From Monocercomonoides exilis PA203 (taxonomy: Eukaryota; Protista; Preaxostyla), in NCBI GenBank assembly GCA_001643675.2, contig LSRY02000013.1:310001-374000 (forward strand): a DNA stretch of 64,000 nt, in the 5' to 3' direction. The notes beneath the pieces were generated by a model that did not search any database, was not told the DNA's origin, and saw nothing but the letters and a program-made list of their open reading frames with translations. Positions 21,399-33,296 of the stretch are shown here, in pieces. The position numbers and the translations under genes were made by a program. Each line of letters starts with the position of its first letter. The stretch's first letter is position 1.

Positions 21399-24300
21399 TC
21401 AGAATTCATCACTGAAAAGAAAAAAGATAGCTACAGCAGTTGAATGTTTTATTGTCAAAAATATTGACATCAACAATAAAAGCAATGCGTTGAGCGTTTC
21501 TGGTTCAATTAAGTACCTTCTGTCTTCAATGATTCTTCTCAAACGAGAGAAAATTCTCTCGCAAGATGCTTCGCTACAGGGAAACATCGTCAACGAATAG
21601 CAAATATCTGCAAAAATTGTTTGAATAATTCCTTGTTTGCTGATTTCAGAATAGAAAACTTGAGAATTATGATGTTCCACGTTTTGAGTGTGATCCAGTA
21701 ACATTGATGAAAATAAAGCTCTAATGCTCTCAATATGACTAGAAGCTTTCAAACAAGAAATTTTGGACAAATAATCATTGAATGCTGACTTCAATCGGAG
21801 TAACCAGTCCATGCAAATAGATTGTTGGATTTTTGAAAGTGCTTTCTTTATGTGTTCTGCTGACATTGTTTTATCAATGACTGGAAATTCATTTGCTCCA
21901 AGTTCTTCAACGTCTTTGTCATCTGCTGTAGTGCTTTCAACATTATCTGAGCATTTGTCTTCCTTTTTTCAGTTGATTTTGATTGCATGTCATGATCTTC
22001 AAGTTGTGAATGTTTTTTTCTTGTATCCAAAAATGATGACTCTTGCTCACTTTCTACATTAAAAGGAGAAAGAACCTCGAATTCTTCATCAGCTGCATAA
22101 TTTTCTGATTGAATAATGCCTGCTTCATCGAAATCAATTTCCTCAAAAATATCATCTTCATTAGAAATAACTTCTTTTTCGATATGTGTGTTTTCTATCA
22201 AAAGAGCGAATAAATGGAGCAAACTGTTATTTAGTGAGTTGGTTGGTGAAGTCGATGATATAGAGTGCAAATCTTTTGGAAGCGGCTAAAGTTGAACTTG
22301 TGTTTCGGTAATTGCTTCTGCTATTCTATCTTTTTCTGGGCTTAGAAATTGGAGAGCAGAATAAAAAGTCTCAACCGATAACGGAGAAGAGAATATTGGG
22401 TGAGGAAAATTTGTTGGAAAATTAGTTTTTTCATTCTTCGAAAAAAATGAAAGCGCATATTGTTTGTCTGAAAAAAATCCATTTTCGCTGTTCTTATCTT
22501 CCATTTCATAAGAAAGTGTTCGTAATTTTTTCTGTTGATTCTTTGTGAACACAGTATTTGGAACATCTTTAGAAGGACAAAGAAAGACCGAGTCACTTGG
22601 CATTATATCTTTTATAGATTGAATAAATAATTCGCAACACATCCTTTAAATTTGAGTTTGATCTAAATCCTTTGAAAACACTGATGAACATTTGTATAAC
22701 CTGTATTTTTCTTTCAATGTCATAAGTTCTGTCGAATAATATTTTGAGAACAAACCGTTTCTGTTGTCAAGGATGTCGATTGGAGTCAAAAAAAATGAGC
22801 CAAAGCGATTTGATCTCCTCGTTCTTTCTCTAAAAATGAATTGAACAGTTGGATTACAATAAAGCAAACTCCATATTGCCAATTTGTGGAAGAAAATTCC
22901 TCAAGATCTTGCAACCACATGTATTGCGCAATTGATTTAAGGATAATTGGAAACACATCTCCAAGCTTTGTGTCGTCTTTTTCAAAGAACAATTGCAGTT
23001 GTTTCAGAGGTATTAGTAATTATTCACATCGGATCAAATCATCTATTTTGACTTTGCAGAAATAGTATGTAAATGAGATATTGTGAAGATTTTTTGTTAT
23101 AAAACAACATATTTCGAAATGACAAAGCCACCTCGTTTCTATGAAAGAGGGGCATTTCGGCAAAAACGGGTTCTTTGTTGATGATTTTATTGTTAACTTT
23201 GAAAATGATGTAATATCTTCCTTTAACAGAACGAAAAATGAATAATTCTTAAAAAGGCGTATGACAATTAGATTGATTAAGTGGTTACAACAGTAAACAA
23301 ATATCGGTGAAATTTTCTTCGGTGTTTCTTCGTCTGAGCACAACTTCGAATGATCTGCAAAGCTTTGAATTGCGAGTTTTTGTGGAAGCAAGCCGTCCGT
23401 ACAAAAACAGCGCACTTCTCCTTTCAAATTCGAAACTTCTCCAATAATATCACTAGCCAGATTGAAATAATCAGTGGTTGTGAAACATGCCTTTTCAATT
23501 TTCCAGAAAAATGGAGATGCCTTTGTCTGCAACGGAACAATTGTGATGACAGTGTATTTTTTTCCAGCAACTATCCCTCCGTCCATCATTCCTCCAACCA
23601 TTGAATTGAATATCTTTGCGTTTCGGTCAGATATTCTTTTCTTTCCTTTTTCATGAATAAGTGCTGTGAGCTTTCGATATGTTAGTGTTGGAAATATGGT
23701 TGAATGTGAAAGAGATGGATTGTGCAGAGAAGCGATAATTAAAGAAGATAAAAATTTATTGAATTTATTGGAGAAAGCAGAAAGAAAAGCAATGTTGCAA
23801 TGACCAATGAAATGCAATAAATGTTCAATTAATGAATCTAATTGAAAATGAGTTGGAACAATTTTCTTTGAAGGAACTTCAGAAATTCTTGTCGAAGATG
23901 GATGAAACTTGAAATATAGCAAAATAGAAGTTGCAGTCGTCAATGCGCATCGATGATTTGGAACTTTGTCAGATCCTTTTCTTCAGGAGATGGTACAATA
24001 AATACTGTGTTTGCTGTTAGGACACAAGAAATAAATATGTCCATCTTTTTTAATGATCCATCCATCTTGACAGGAGTATATGCCAACCAAAGCTTTCCTT
24101 CGAAAGTTTCAAAGTGAATTTTACCAATTTCTTCTCCAGTATTGTTTGGGTGCTTGTAGACTTGTTTTAAAGCAGAAAAATGCAAATTAATCTGAGTGAT
24201 AATTAATATGAAACATACAATTACCGCCATTGAAATATATGTTTTTTCTAATTCCACGAAAGTGCATTCATTGTTCTTTAATTCCTCAACTTTTCTTTCA

Positions 24301-24401
24301 AACGCTTCAAGCTGCAAAGATGAATCATATTTTAAAAATAAATAATTATTCATTCTGCGATAAAATGAGATTGCCAAACAATATTTTTTGCTGACATGCA
24401 T
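21399..24401 (-). pseudogene. Decayed hAT transposase
   Basis: MMDGG (first D), CTDG (second D), CCNH (CxxH), ETRW, LAHF/FLTP and C-terminal PCSEASCERIFSRL...RR (dimerization/E motif). Broken by TAA/TAA/TAG and frameshifts. Confidence 0.88.
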
Positions 24402-24866
24402 TTTTGTAATTCAATCGGCAATTCTTTGAGAAAGTCATTTTTAGTCATTTCACTCTTTTTTCTAATGATCTCGGCAAACCGACTGATATCAACGAATTGA
24501 CTGATCTTGACATGATCAAGTCGAAAATATCTGTCGATCCGTCAATAAAAAAATATAATTTTGCGCATTTTCAAGTTTTATTATTCACGAAAGTCATTCA
24601 TAAAATAAATTAGTAATAAATAAACTATCGAAATAGAATTTTATCCAATTAAAAATAAATTCCAAAAGAAGGTTTCTTAAAAGGGTTATGAATCCCATTG
24701 TCGGTCGAATTGTCGAATCAATTTTACAAAGTCTGTATGTCGCAAAGGCTTAACATATTGGTGAATTTTGGGGAGGTGGAATGAAAAATTGATGAAAATA
24801 CACGATTTTCATTTTCATCAGAAAAATCAACAAAATAAACCTTTTAAAAATAAGTTTTTGACAGTT

Positions 24867-25134
24867 GGGTGATTATTTTTGAAATCATAACTTTTTTCGG
24901 GACGTGCATTATTATGAAATATTTATGAATTTGAAAATAAAAATTTGTTGAAATGTTTTGTTCATTTTATTTTATCTTTTGACATAGCTTGATGTGAAAG
25001 AAAGACAGAAATGATATTAGTTGGAGTTATTTCTTTTCTGTGTTCATCGACAAAAATGGAAAAGAAAAAATTTAAACAAAAATATTAATCCGAATTATTT
25101 CTTCGAAGAAATATGATTTCAAAAATAATCACCC
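24867..25134. mobile_element. MITE (268 bp), TIR GGGTGATTATTTTTGAAATCATA, AGTT TSD
   Basis: agtt|gggtgattatttttgaaatcata ... tatgatttcaaaaataatcaccc|agtt. Confidence 0.88.
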
Positions 25135-25478
25135 AGTTAATACAGTCAAAACCGGATATTGTCACATCGAATAGAATCACATTCCTAAAAAAAATCACAT
25201 TTTTCGATGCACCGACATTTTTTGCTAATTTTTCATTCATTTCCCATCACATTCAATCATATGGCTTAATATATATAATCACATTTTGTTTAACAAAGGG
25301 TTCATTTTTCAATGAAAAATCGATTTTTTGATCAAGTATTATGATTTTTTATTTTTTCAGAATTATGTTCAAATAAGTCCAAATAATGTGCACATATGTT
25401 AATAATTGTTTTCGCAAGTGATAAATGTGTTTTTGTGAAAAATTTCCATAAATAAATATAACTGATCCAAAGTTAATT

Positions 25479-25683
25479 AGCTTCTCCTATTTTAAAGCAT
25501 TCTTTCGTTTGAGTTTTGATCAAAATTTTAATCTCAATGGGATAATGAAAAAAATTTATTTCATTTTGAATATCAACACAAGATGAATGTATTTTCCAAT
25601 TTAATTAATTTTATAAAAATCCCATTGAGATAAAAGTTTTGATCAAAACTCGAACGTAAAAATGATTTCAAAAAGGATCAGCC
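25479..25683. mobile_element. Diverged MITE with ~65-bp imperfect inverted arms
   Basis: gagttttgatcaaaattttaatctcaatgggat vs atcccattgagataaaagttttgatcaaaactc. The right end resembles the GGGTGATT TIR. Flanks aatt/aatc. Confidence 0.6.
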
Positions 25684-25855
25684 AATCAATCAATTATTTA
25701 TTTTTTTATTTTTTTCTGTGTTTAGCTGCTTCGCATTAAATCACAATCTGATATGGTCAAAAAATGTTATGCAAAACCTGATGTGATAATATCCGATTTA
25801 GACTGTCATTGGAAAAAGTTGAAACTCAAGTTACAATGAATTAATCTGAACAATT

Positions 25856-26121
25856 GGGGGAAAATATGAACTTTCAAGCTTTTTATGCACAAAGCATGAA
25901 ATAATTGTTTCACTTATAGCATTTTTAAACTTACCCAGATTTCAAAAACAATTTGATTTTCATATCTGTTAGCAAACATCATTGATATAATAACATTTTG
26001 TTTTGTGTCATCAAATGTATTTTAAAAAACAAACCAATTGTTTTCAAATTTTTTATTAAAAAAGTTCATCTCAGACGTAAAATTTATCAATGAAAATGCC
26101 TGAAGTTAAATATTTTGTCCC
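25856..26121. mobile_element. MITE (266 bp), GGG...CCC ends, AATT TSD
   Basis: aatt|gggggaaaatat ... atattttgtccc|aatt; same end motif as 8351-8529. Confidence 0.6.
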
Positions 26122-27547
26122 AATTGATTGTCAGATTTATCATTTTCAATTGATGGTTTTGTAAGTTGTTCTTTTAATTTTAGGATTGCTTTTTTAAATA
26201 CGGGAAGTTTCAAATTTGAGATGTGAAAAAGACGAAGAATTTCAAAAAAAAGACAATTATGTTCGTCCTTTCAATCTCATGAAAAGAAGCTCAACAAAAT
26301 AGGTTTGTATTTCTTCATCGGTGGAAATTGCAAAATTCCATGCACAATCTACGGAAACAACACGTGATTGGTTTCAAAAGCTATCTTCTCCAAGAACATA
26401 TTATTGAATTGATGTGACAGATTAAAAAAACCTTCGATGAGACATTAATTTGTGTCGATCTTTGAACAGAAAAGCTAATTGTTAACTTTGAAAACAAAAC
26501 GCCACTGTCTCTATCAACATATCCAAAAGCCAAAAATGAAAACATCAATTTTTCCATTTGTGCTGACGGATCACATCTTCCATATATGTATGAATATACC
26601 CACTCAAAAAACACCACAAGAATTAACTTTTCAATCAGCTTTTTTGTTTCTATTTACATGCTCCTCATTTGGTTGAACAACTTCGAAAAAAATTAAAAAA
26701 ATCATCATTAAGTTATAGATTCCCTTTATTTCATATTAACTGAAATTGAAGGAATGAAAATAAGCACTGATTTTTTTTGACATTCATCATTCTTATTTCG
26801 ATTCAGAGGTTATTTCGTTTGTGAATCAAAACAGAATTATTATCGAAACATTTCCATAGAAGATGGCACACCTTTTGAAACTGTGCAACACTATCATATT
26901 TATTTGAAAACAAACAAATTATGCAAAAATAATTTGTTCGATCTGATTAAATTGTTCTTTTTCTTTTCGAAAAGTTTTGGCAGATAAATTGACAGAAGCT
27001 TTGTCAATTGCAACTTCTCTATCTGAAAAGAAATCCAGAATTTTGAACACTTGAGTTCATCCCATTACTGCTGCTTCTGTGTTATCAAAAACATGCGCTC
27101 CATCTTTGTCATTTGAAACATTTTCAAATTCATATTTGTCCAAAGCTTATCTGGAGGATTGCATATTTGGAGATTTCTTGCTAACAGCGAAACGTCAATT
27201 GACAGAAAAAAGTCCTCCATAACCAACGATTCTTATTACGAAAACAGAAATATTGGATGATAAAGCGATCTCAGACAAAGAAAAATGAACAAAAGAAGAA
27301 GCACAAAACGAACACAAAGGATGGGAAATGGTGATGAAAAATCATCTCTTTGCAAAAAAGAATGGGAAAACATTATTCTTTTGCAAAAAAAGGAGAAATA
27401 TGTGCGATTCTTTTTGATTTCATATTTTTCCAATCAAAATTTTCGAATTAACAATTTGTTGCAAAAACTTTGAAATCAATCTAATGTTTTTATTTAAATA
27501 TTCAATGTGCTTTTCTGTCTTTCAATAACAACATGCATTAAAAAGAT

Positions 27548-27810
27548 GGGTGATTATTTTTGAAATCATATTTTTTCACACAAAAATTTTGGTGCAAAAT
27601 ATCTCTTTAATATCAATAATAAAAATTTGAAAAGTGAATATACTTTTTGAATACATTTTAATCTTTGATTCGCTAAAAAATTTTTGTTTTTTTAAAAAAA
27701 AACAATTATCATACTTTTTCTCTTTTGAATTTAAATTTTTTTTCAAAAAACAAACAATTTTTTAAAAATCAACACCCCGAAAATTTTTATGATTTCAAAA
27801 ATAATCACCC
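27548..27810. mobile_element. MITE (263 bp), same TIR as 24867, AGAT TSD
   Basis: agat|gggtgattatttttgaaatcata ... tatgatttcaaaaataatcaccc|agat. Confidence 0.9.
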
Positions 27811-28905
27811 AGATAATAACTAAAAAACATAAAACCCTTTTCGAAGAAAAATTTTGCAACAGCTGCGAACTGGAAAACAACACAAATGCCGAAAAGTTAT
27901 ATGATTTCAAAAATAATTACCAATATAGAAGATAAATGGGTAACTTTAGACTTTTTCGGATTTTTTTATGCAAAATGCAAAAAAATAGTTTCACTCATAA
28001 CGAGAATAAATTTATCTCAAATCTCAAAATAAATTTAATTATAATGCAGGGAATAGGCATCATTGTTATAATGACAAATAGTCTTGTGATATTATTTGTT
28101 TTTTTAATAAATGAACCTATGAAATTCAAATTGAAAGATTATTAAAAGTTGATTGAAAGCGCAAATTCTTTCAATGAAAAAGCTTGAATAACAGCATTTT
28201 GTACCAAATTGACTAAACAAACACATATTCTGGATTACGCACGATTTAACAAAAACGATGAAATTTAAATACATACTTAAATAAATGGTTCAGAGAATAA
28301 CATATAACTAACAAATACGGAAAATATAGTTGTTTTTGTTTATTTCGTGAAAAAAACTTTCAACAGCAATAAATAAAGAAAACACGAGAAAAACATTGAT
28401 TGCAATAAAAAGCGAAAAATTATTAGATCGTTCTTCTGTGAAAGTTTGCTGAAAAAAACATTTTTCGAACAGCGGAATATTTATAAATTTAAATTCTCAC
28501 GTTATGCGACTGATTTGAAAACAGGTGATAATGGAAGATGAAGATTATTTTTTTTGGTTCCAAATAATAGACTGGTTCTATTATAATACTCATCTGACTC
28601 TCATTTTGTGTCTCACTTGGTGTGCAACTTTTATTGCAACGAACATTTATGGAATAAATTTCTTTTTTTCATTTTAAATATTTAATTTATTTATTTTTTT
28701 GTTTATTTGTTTATTTATTTTTGAATAAAAAGAAAGGAAATATTGAACACAGATTTCATGATTCTTCTGAAAAAAGATTTTTAACACCCATTCTAATGTA
28801 TTGACGAGTCTCCTCTGACAATTAATTTTTGGTTTATAAAAACTATTTGAAATGATTTGAAATGCAAATAAAAATCACTTTTTAATCATTATCTTTGGAT
28901 TACAA

Positions 28906-31398
28906 TTATTTCATCTCCATTGCCTCTAATCCGTCCTCAATTTGAGTTATTGCGTTTTGAACCAGCTGTTTCACTGATGACGTATTTAAGCTGTTATCAT
29001 TTTTCTTTCTTTTTATCTTCTTTCCAAAGACTTCATCATCTTCATTCATAGCTTTTGATGCATCACCTTCAGAATCTCTCCAACTGGCATCCATTCGAAC
29101 AATAAGATCGGCCAGCTGTCGCTTCTTCTTCAGCACCCCTTCTCGGACCATCATCTGCAGCCATGACTTTACTCTCTTCATCTGTTCGGACATTCTTCGC
29201 AACTTCTCCTTTTCTTCCTCCTCATCTTCTGCGTCAAGCTCCTCATCAATCTCATATTCATCATAATCATCTTCACCAACTTTCTTGTATTTCTTCTGTG
29301 GTTTCTTCTTTTTTTTCTTTGCTGCCATATTCTCGTTAATGCCAGATAGTCTCTGAATAGCTTCAATTGCTCCATCAATCGGTCTATATGCAGCCAGAGA
29401 AGCTAAGCACATTTCCACGAATAGCTCAGCCTCTTTTGTCTGAGGAATAGTCAGAGGAAGGCTGCGAGTCAAGTCATTGCTCCGAGAATTATCTTCTTCA
29501 TCTAACTTTTCAGCTTCAGACTCAGCTGTCACAGAGAGTGTGAGAAAGGAAATGCCAACATGGCCTTCACTTATGAGTATAGCAGCAAAGCGAGCAGAAT
29601 GCAGAATCCTTCGTAGCCGATCTGGCGGAATAGCTGAAGATGTGGATGATGAAAGTGAAGAAGACACAATCTCTCTCAGTGTATCTCTAAGACAATTTGT
29701 GAATGAACGCAGATGTGATCGATGAGAATTGCAGAGCCTAACTCCAGTGTGTGCATAGAACGGATTCCACTCAGCCTCCTGGGCACAGCATTCAAGAAGC
29801 ACAAAAGGTATATCAAAAGCATTGCTTCCCTTTAGCCCAAGTCTGATGATTCTCTCTGCTGCATCGTCACAGTCAGTCGCCAGCACTGTTGCTGCTAAAA
29901 TAGCTCGTCTTCCAGCGGTGGAGAGACGGAGAGAGCGCGCAAGCTGATGAATAAATGATGACATATCAGCTGATGAACCTGCTTCGTGTGACTCTGATGA
30001 TTCAACGCCCATCTTTTTTGATTTCAAAAGAGATGAACGATGTTCGTCATCCTCATTTCCTTCCTGATCTTCAGATGTTTCTTCCGTAATCTTCTCTTCT
30101 TTTGATTTCACTTTAGACTTTCTTTTTTTATTTTCTCCTTTTTTCTCTTCTTCAGTTTTCCCGCTTCCAATAGACACTTTTTCCATATCGTAATTCTGCT
30201 TCTCCCATGCGCTTCCAACGAGCCACCATCTTCCCTTCTTTTCTGTATCAAGCACAGCTGCTAGAGAAACAGACAATGCAGACTCTTCGAGTGCAGAGAG
30301 AGGACGAAGAGCGCCAGAAGAAGCTCTTGCCTGCTTTTGGCGAGAAGAAGATGGTGTTGAAGATGATGAAGGGGTTATAGCATATCCAACCGCAGCTAAA
30401 ATGTATTCATGGACACGTCTTATATCTTCTGCTACACCAGTTGTGAGTGCGCTCTGCTTTTCTTTGCTCAGCTTTCTCTTTGACATTGCCATTATAGAAG
30501 AAAGTGCCCCTTCACTTCCTTCCATTTTAACTGTTCCCTCACCAAATGAAGATGAACGCGTCGATGAAGCTGAAGAAGCAAGGGGAGAAAAGATCGAGTA
30601 CAATGTCTCTGATGTAAAACGCCCGCGAGCAGCATCGTCTGCATCAATTGGAGAGCTTTTAATACTATCATCCAAACGAGACGAATCTTTAAAACACGAA
30701 TGACCAAAAATATACAAAAAAAATGATTGCACAAAGAATATATTATATAAAAATTTATCTTACAAACTCAATGCATTTACAAATAAAGCGGCCACTTGAG
30801 ATATTACAGTTGTTTCTCTTGATATTCGCCACCAAGAACTTTGAACAAGAGCTAATAGCATCGAACAATTTGCCCCTCGTTGGAAAAGAGGTCTGAAATG
30901 ATGCCTCGTTGAGTCTGTTCCTGGAATCAAATTTGGATCTATAATAGCTTTCATAAGATCACTCACAATCTCAGAAGAGATTAATCCATAAGAATAAAGA
31001 GATCCAACGATAACGCACAATTGCTGTGCACGCGTTAATCGATCTTCAGCCGAAGAACTTAATTTTTCATCAGTTATCATGCTAATAATTTCATTACAAA
31101 GAGTTTCCATGAGGTGCGAAGCAACTAAATGTGATACAGCATTTTTAACAATCGGTACCAAGGCAAATACTCCACATGCCATTGCAACCATTCGTAATGA
31201 CGTTTGACTTTGCGTAGAAAATTTAAGAACAACTGGTGTTATATTTTCCGTCAAAGAAGACGTTGGAAGTGTTTCGATTACCCACATGAGATCTGGAACA
31301 AACATATGAAAAGTTTCTGGTGTTGCTCGATTAAGACATCCCCGTACCTTTTTAACAGCTTCTGTTAATTGGGGATCCAATGCTTCTGAATGAAGCAT
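28906..31398 (-). CDS. NOM1: Nucleolar MIF4G/MA3 domain protein (NOM1/Sgd1), 2 exons (intron about 30687-30767)
   Basis: VRGCLNR (MIF4G start), GRWWLVGSAW, and MA3: LARSLRLST..RRAI....D.DDAAERIIRLGLKG....IPFVLLECCAQE..WNPFYA. Confidence 0.85.
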
Positions 31399-31749
31399 TT
31401 TGACGATCTTTAATTATCACTTTTTAAAAAAAACATTTTGGGCAACTCCAAAGTTTAGAAATTGAAAACCTCTTCTCTTGATAAAAAAATTCACAGAAAG
31501 ATGAAAAAATTCCTCGTTTGACGTGCATTTATTTTCGTGATAATTGAAGGAAGATTTTAAAATAAAAGACTTTTATCCACTGTCCACAAAAAAATGAACA
31601 ACAGGATAAAGAAAATATAGGAAATTGAGATGAAGTTTATTTAAGAAAATGAACGGAATAACATTTAAAATAAATTAAAAAAAAAGCTATGATTCTTAAT
31701 TTCCTTTTACATCAATCATAAATATCGTTCAAAGATTTGTAACAAATTA

Positions 31750-33032
31750 TTACTTTGGCATCACATTAGCCATATTTCCTTGCAATGCAAACACATCCCA
31801 GTTAATCTTTGTCTTTGAGCGAGGAAGTTTCATTCGAAGTGCTCTGAAAGAAGATTCAGCAAGGCGGATAAAGGATTCGTCGATGGACTGCTGGAATTTC
31901 TGCTCTTCAGAAATGATGGCATTCTTCACATCCTTTGCAACCTGAGCCAAGTTTTCCTAAACAATTCGAAAAAAACGCAAACACACAACAATATATATTT
32001 GAAGGTTACAGAAAATGATATAGAATTATAGCACATATGAAAGCAAACGCTGGCATTTATCTTCCTCTCTGCTCTATCCTCAGTGTTGAGATGAACATTT
32101 CCAGCTTCAAAGAAATGTGCAGCAACAGACATCTCTCCAGACAGCTGGTGCTTATCTTCACCAAGTTCAAGTATCCACGTAGATTTCCATTGCCCTCCCC
32201 TTAAATGAAAAAATCAACATATCCAATTTTTTTATTGTAAAATGATTTAAAAAACTGCATACCACATTGATTTTGGATTAACTTTAGTGGAGTTTATGCA
32301 AATAATAATTGCTTTTCCGCCATCATCTGAGTCGCTTGCGAATACAGAGCATACGCCATCAGGGAAGTGATCGCTAACATATTTTGTTATTGCATCATCA
32401 ATGGCTTGGCTATGGAATCATAAAGTATTTGAATAAAAACTCAACATTTAATTTTCAAAAAAAAAAAATCAAAACCGAAGTGGTTCGTGTTCAGCTGTAG
32501 ATTCTTCTTCAAGTGGTTGAACATCTGTTACGGACTGATATTTAACAAGTATAAAATTAAAGTTTCATTTTCTTTGTTTGTAATAAGAAAACTAACCTTT
32601 GTTGAATGATCATATGTGATAACGCGCTTTCCTCTTGGATCAAGGTAGTGCGTATCATCAAGCTCTCCAAATTGGCAAATTAACATCTTTTTGAAATTAA
32701 CATTTTTTGAAAATTGAACGTTTGAAAATAGAATCAAACTTTTTCTTTTGTTTCAGGAATTGTAACAACTTGATATTGTTCAATATGTCTCTGGTGGAAA
32801 TACTGCTCTTTCAAAGGGCTAAGGTCTCTCGTATCTCCAACAATTGTTTCGAGTGCTGAAATAGTGATCAAAATTAAAAAAAAGATTTTTCATTCAATAA
32901 AAAATATCCAAAGACTTTCAAACCTTGATATACGTCATTTTCTTCCTGTGGAGGAGATGAAAGAATAAACCTCCCAATTGTTTCTTGGAAGTCGGTTTCT
33001 TCGTCAATTGGCTGCTCTCCTTCTTCAGACAT
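31750..33032 (-). CDS. CAPZA: F-actin capping protein alpha subunit, multi-exon
   Basis: FILSSPPQE, YLDPR, YVSDHFPDGVCSVF, GQWKSTW, HFFEAGNVHL, FRALRMKLPRSKTKINWD; short GT-AG introns. Confidence 0.92.
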
Positions 33033-33296
33033 TCAACAATTAACAACTATATGGGCTGATCACAAATGATCACAATTCTATGAAAAACTCTTGAAATTAT
33101 AATCCATTTTTCGATTTGAAATTGTAATTAGAATAAGATAATTACATTTCTTTTGAAATTAAATACTTAAAATTTCACAGATTATTATGTTGGGTTGATT
33201 TTTGTTCTTTTATTTTTTGGATAATTGGTTTGCAAAGTTTTGACAAAGAAAATTATTTGCGTTTATGTGCTTTTTATTTAATGATATATAGAAAAT
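33033..33296. promoter_or_regulatory. Putative bidirectional promoter between CapZ-alpha and Pelota
   Basis: Head-to-head start codons separated by only 264 bp of AT-rich DNA; inferred from position only. Confidence 0.45.

Larger units (their letters stand above)
9904..24752 (-). mobile_element. 14.85-kb hAT-family element (TIR/TSD-bounded) enclosing gene fragments
   Basis: Left aaagcctttgcgaca (9904-9918) and right tgtcgcaaaggctta (24738-24752) match 14/15 as inverted repeats. Flanks ACATAATG (9896-9903) and ACATATTG (24753-24760). Subterminal gtcggtcgaat at 9981 and 24700. hAT transposase inside. Confidence 0.75.

Noticed and set aside
21399-24401. In-frame stops in the hAT transposase are TAA/TAA/TAG, suggesting a TAR=Gln code as in some oxymonads
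   Set aside because: Host genes here end in TAA/TAG. CAR>TAR is a common nonsense route, the gene also has frameshifts, and stops in other elements fall at Trp/Leu/Cys positions.
26230-27480. Coding-like composition, possibly a decayed gene or transposase
   Set aside because: No diagnostic motif identifiable by eye.
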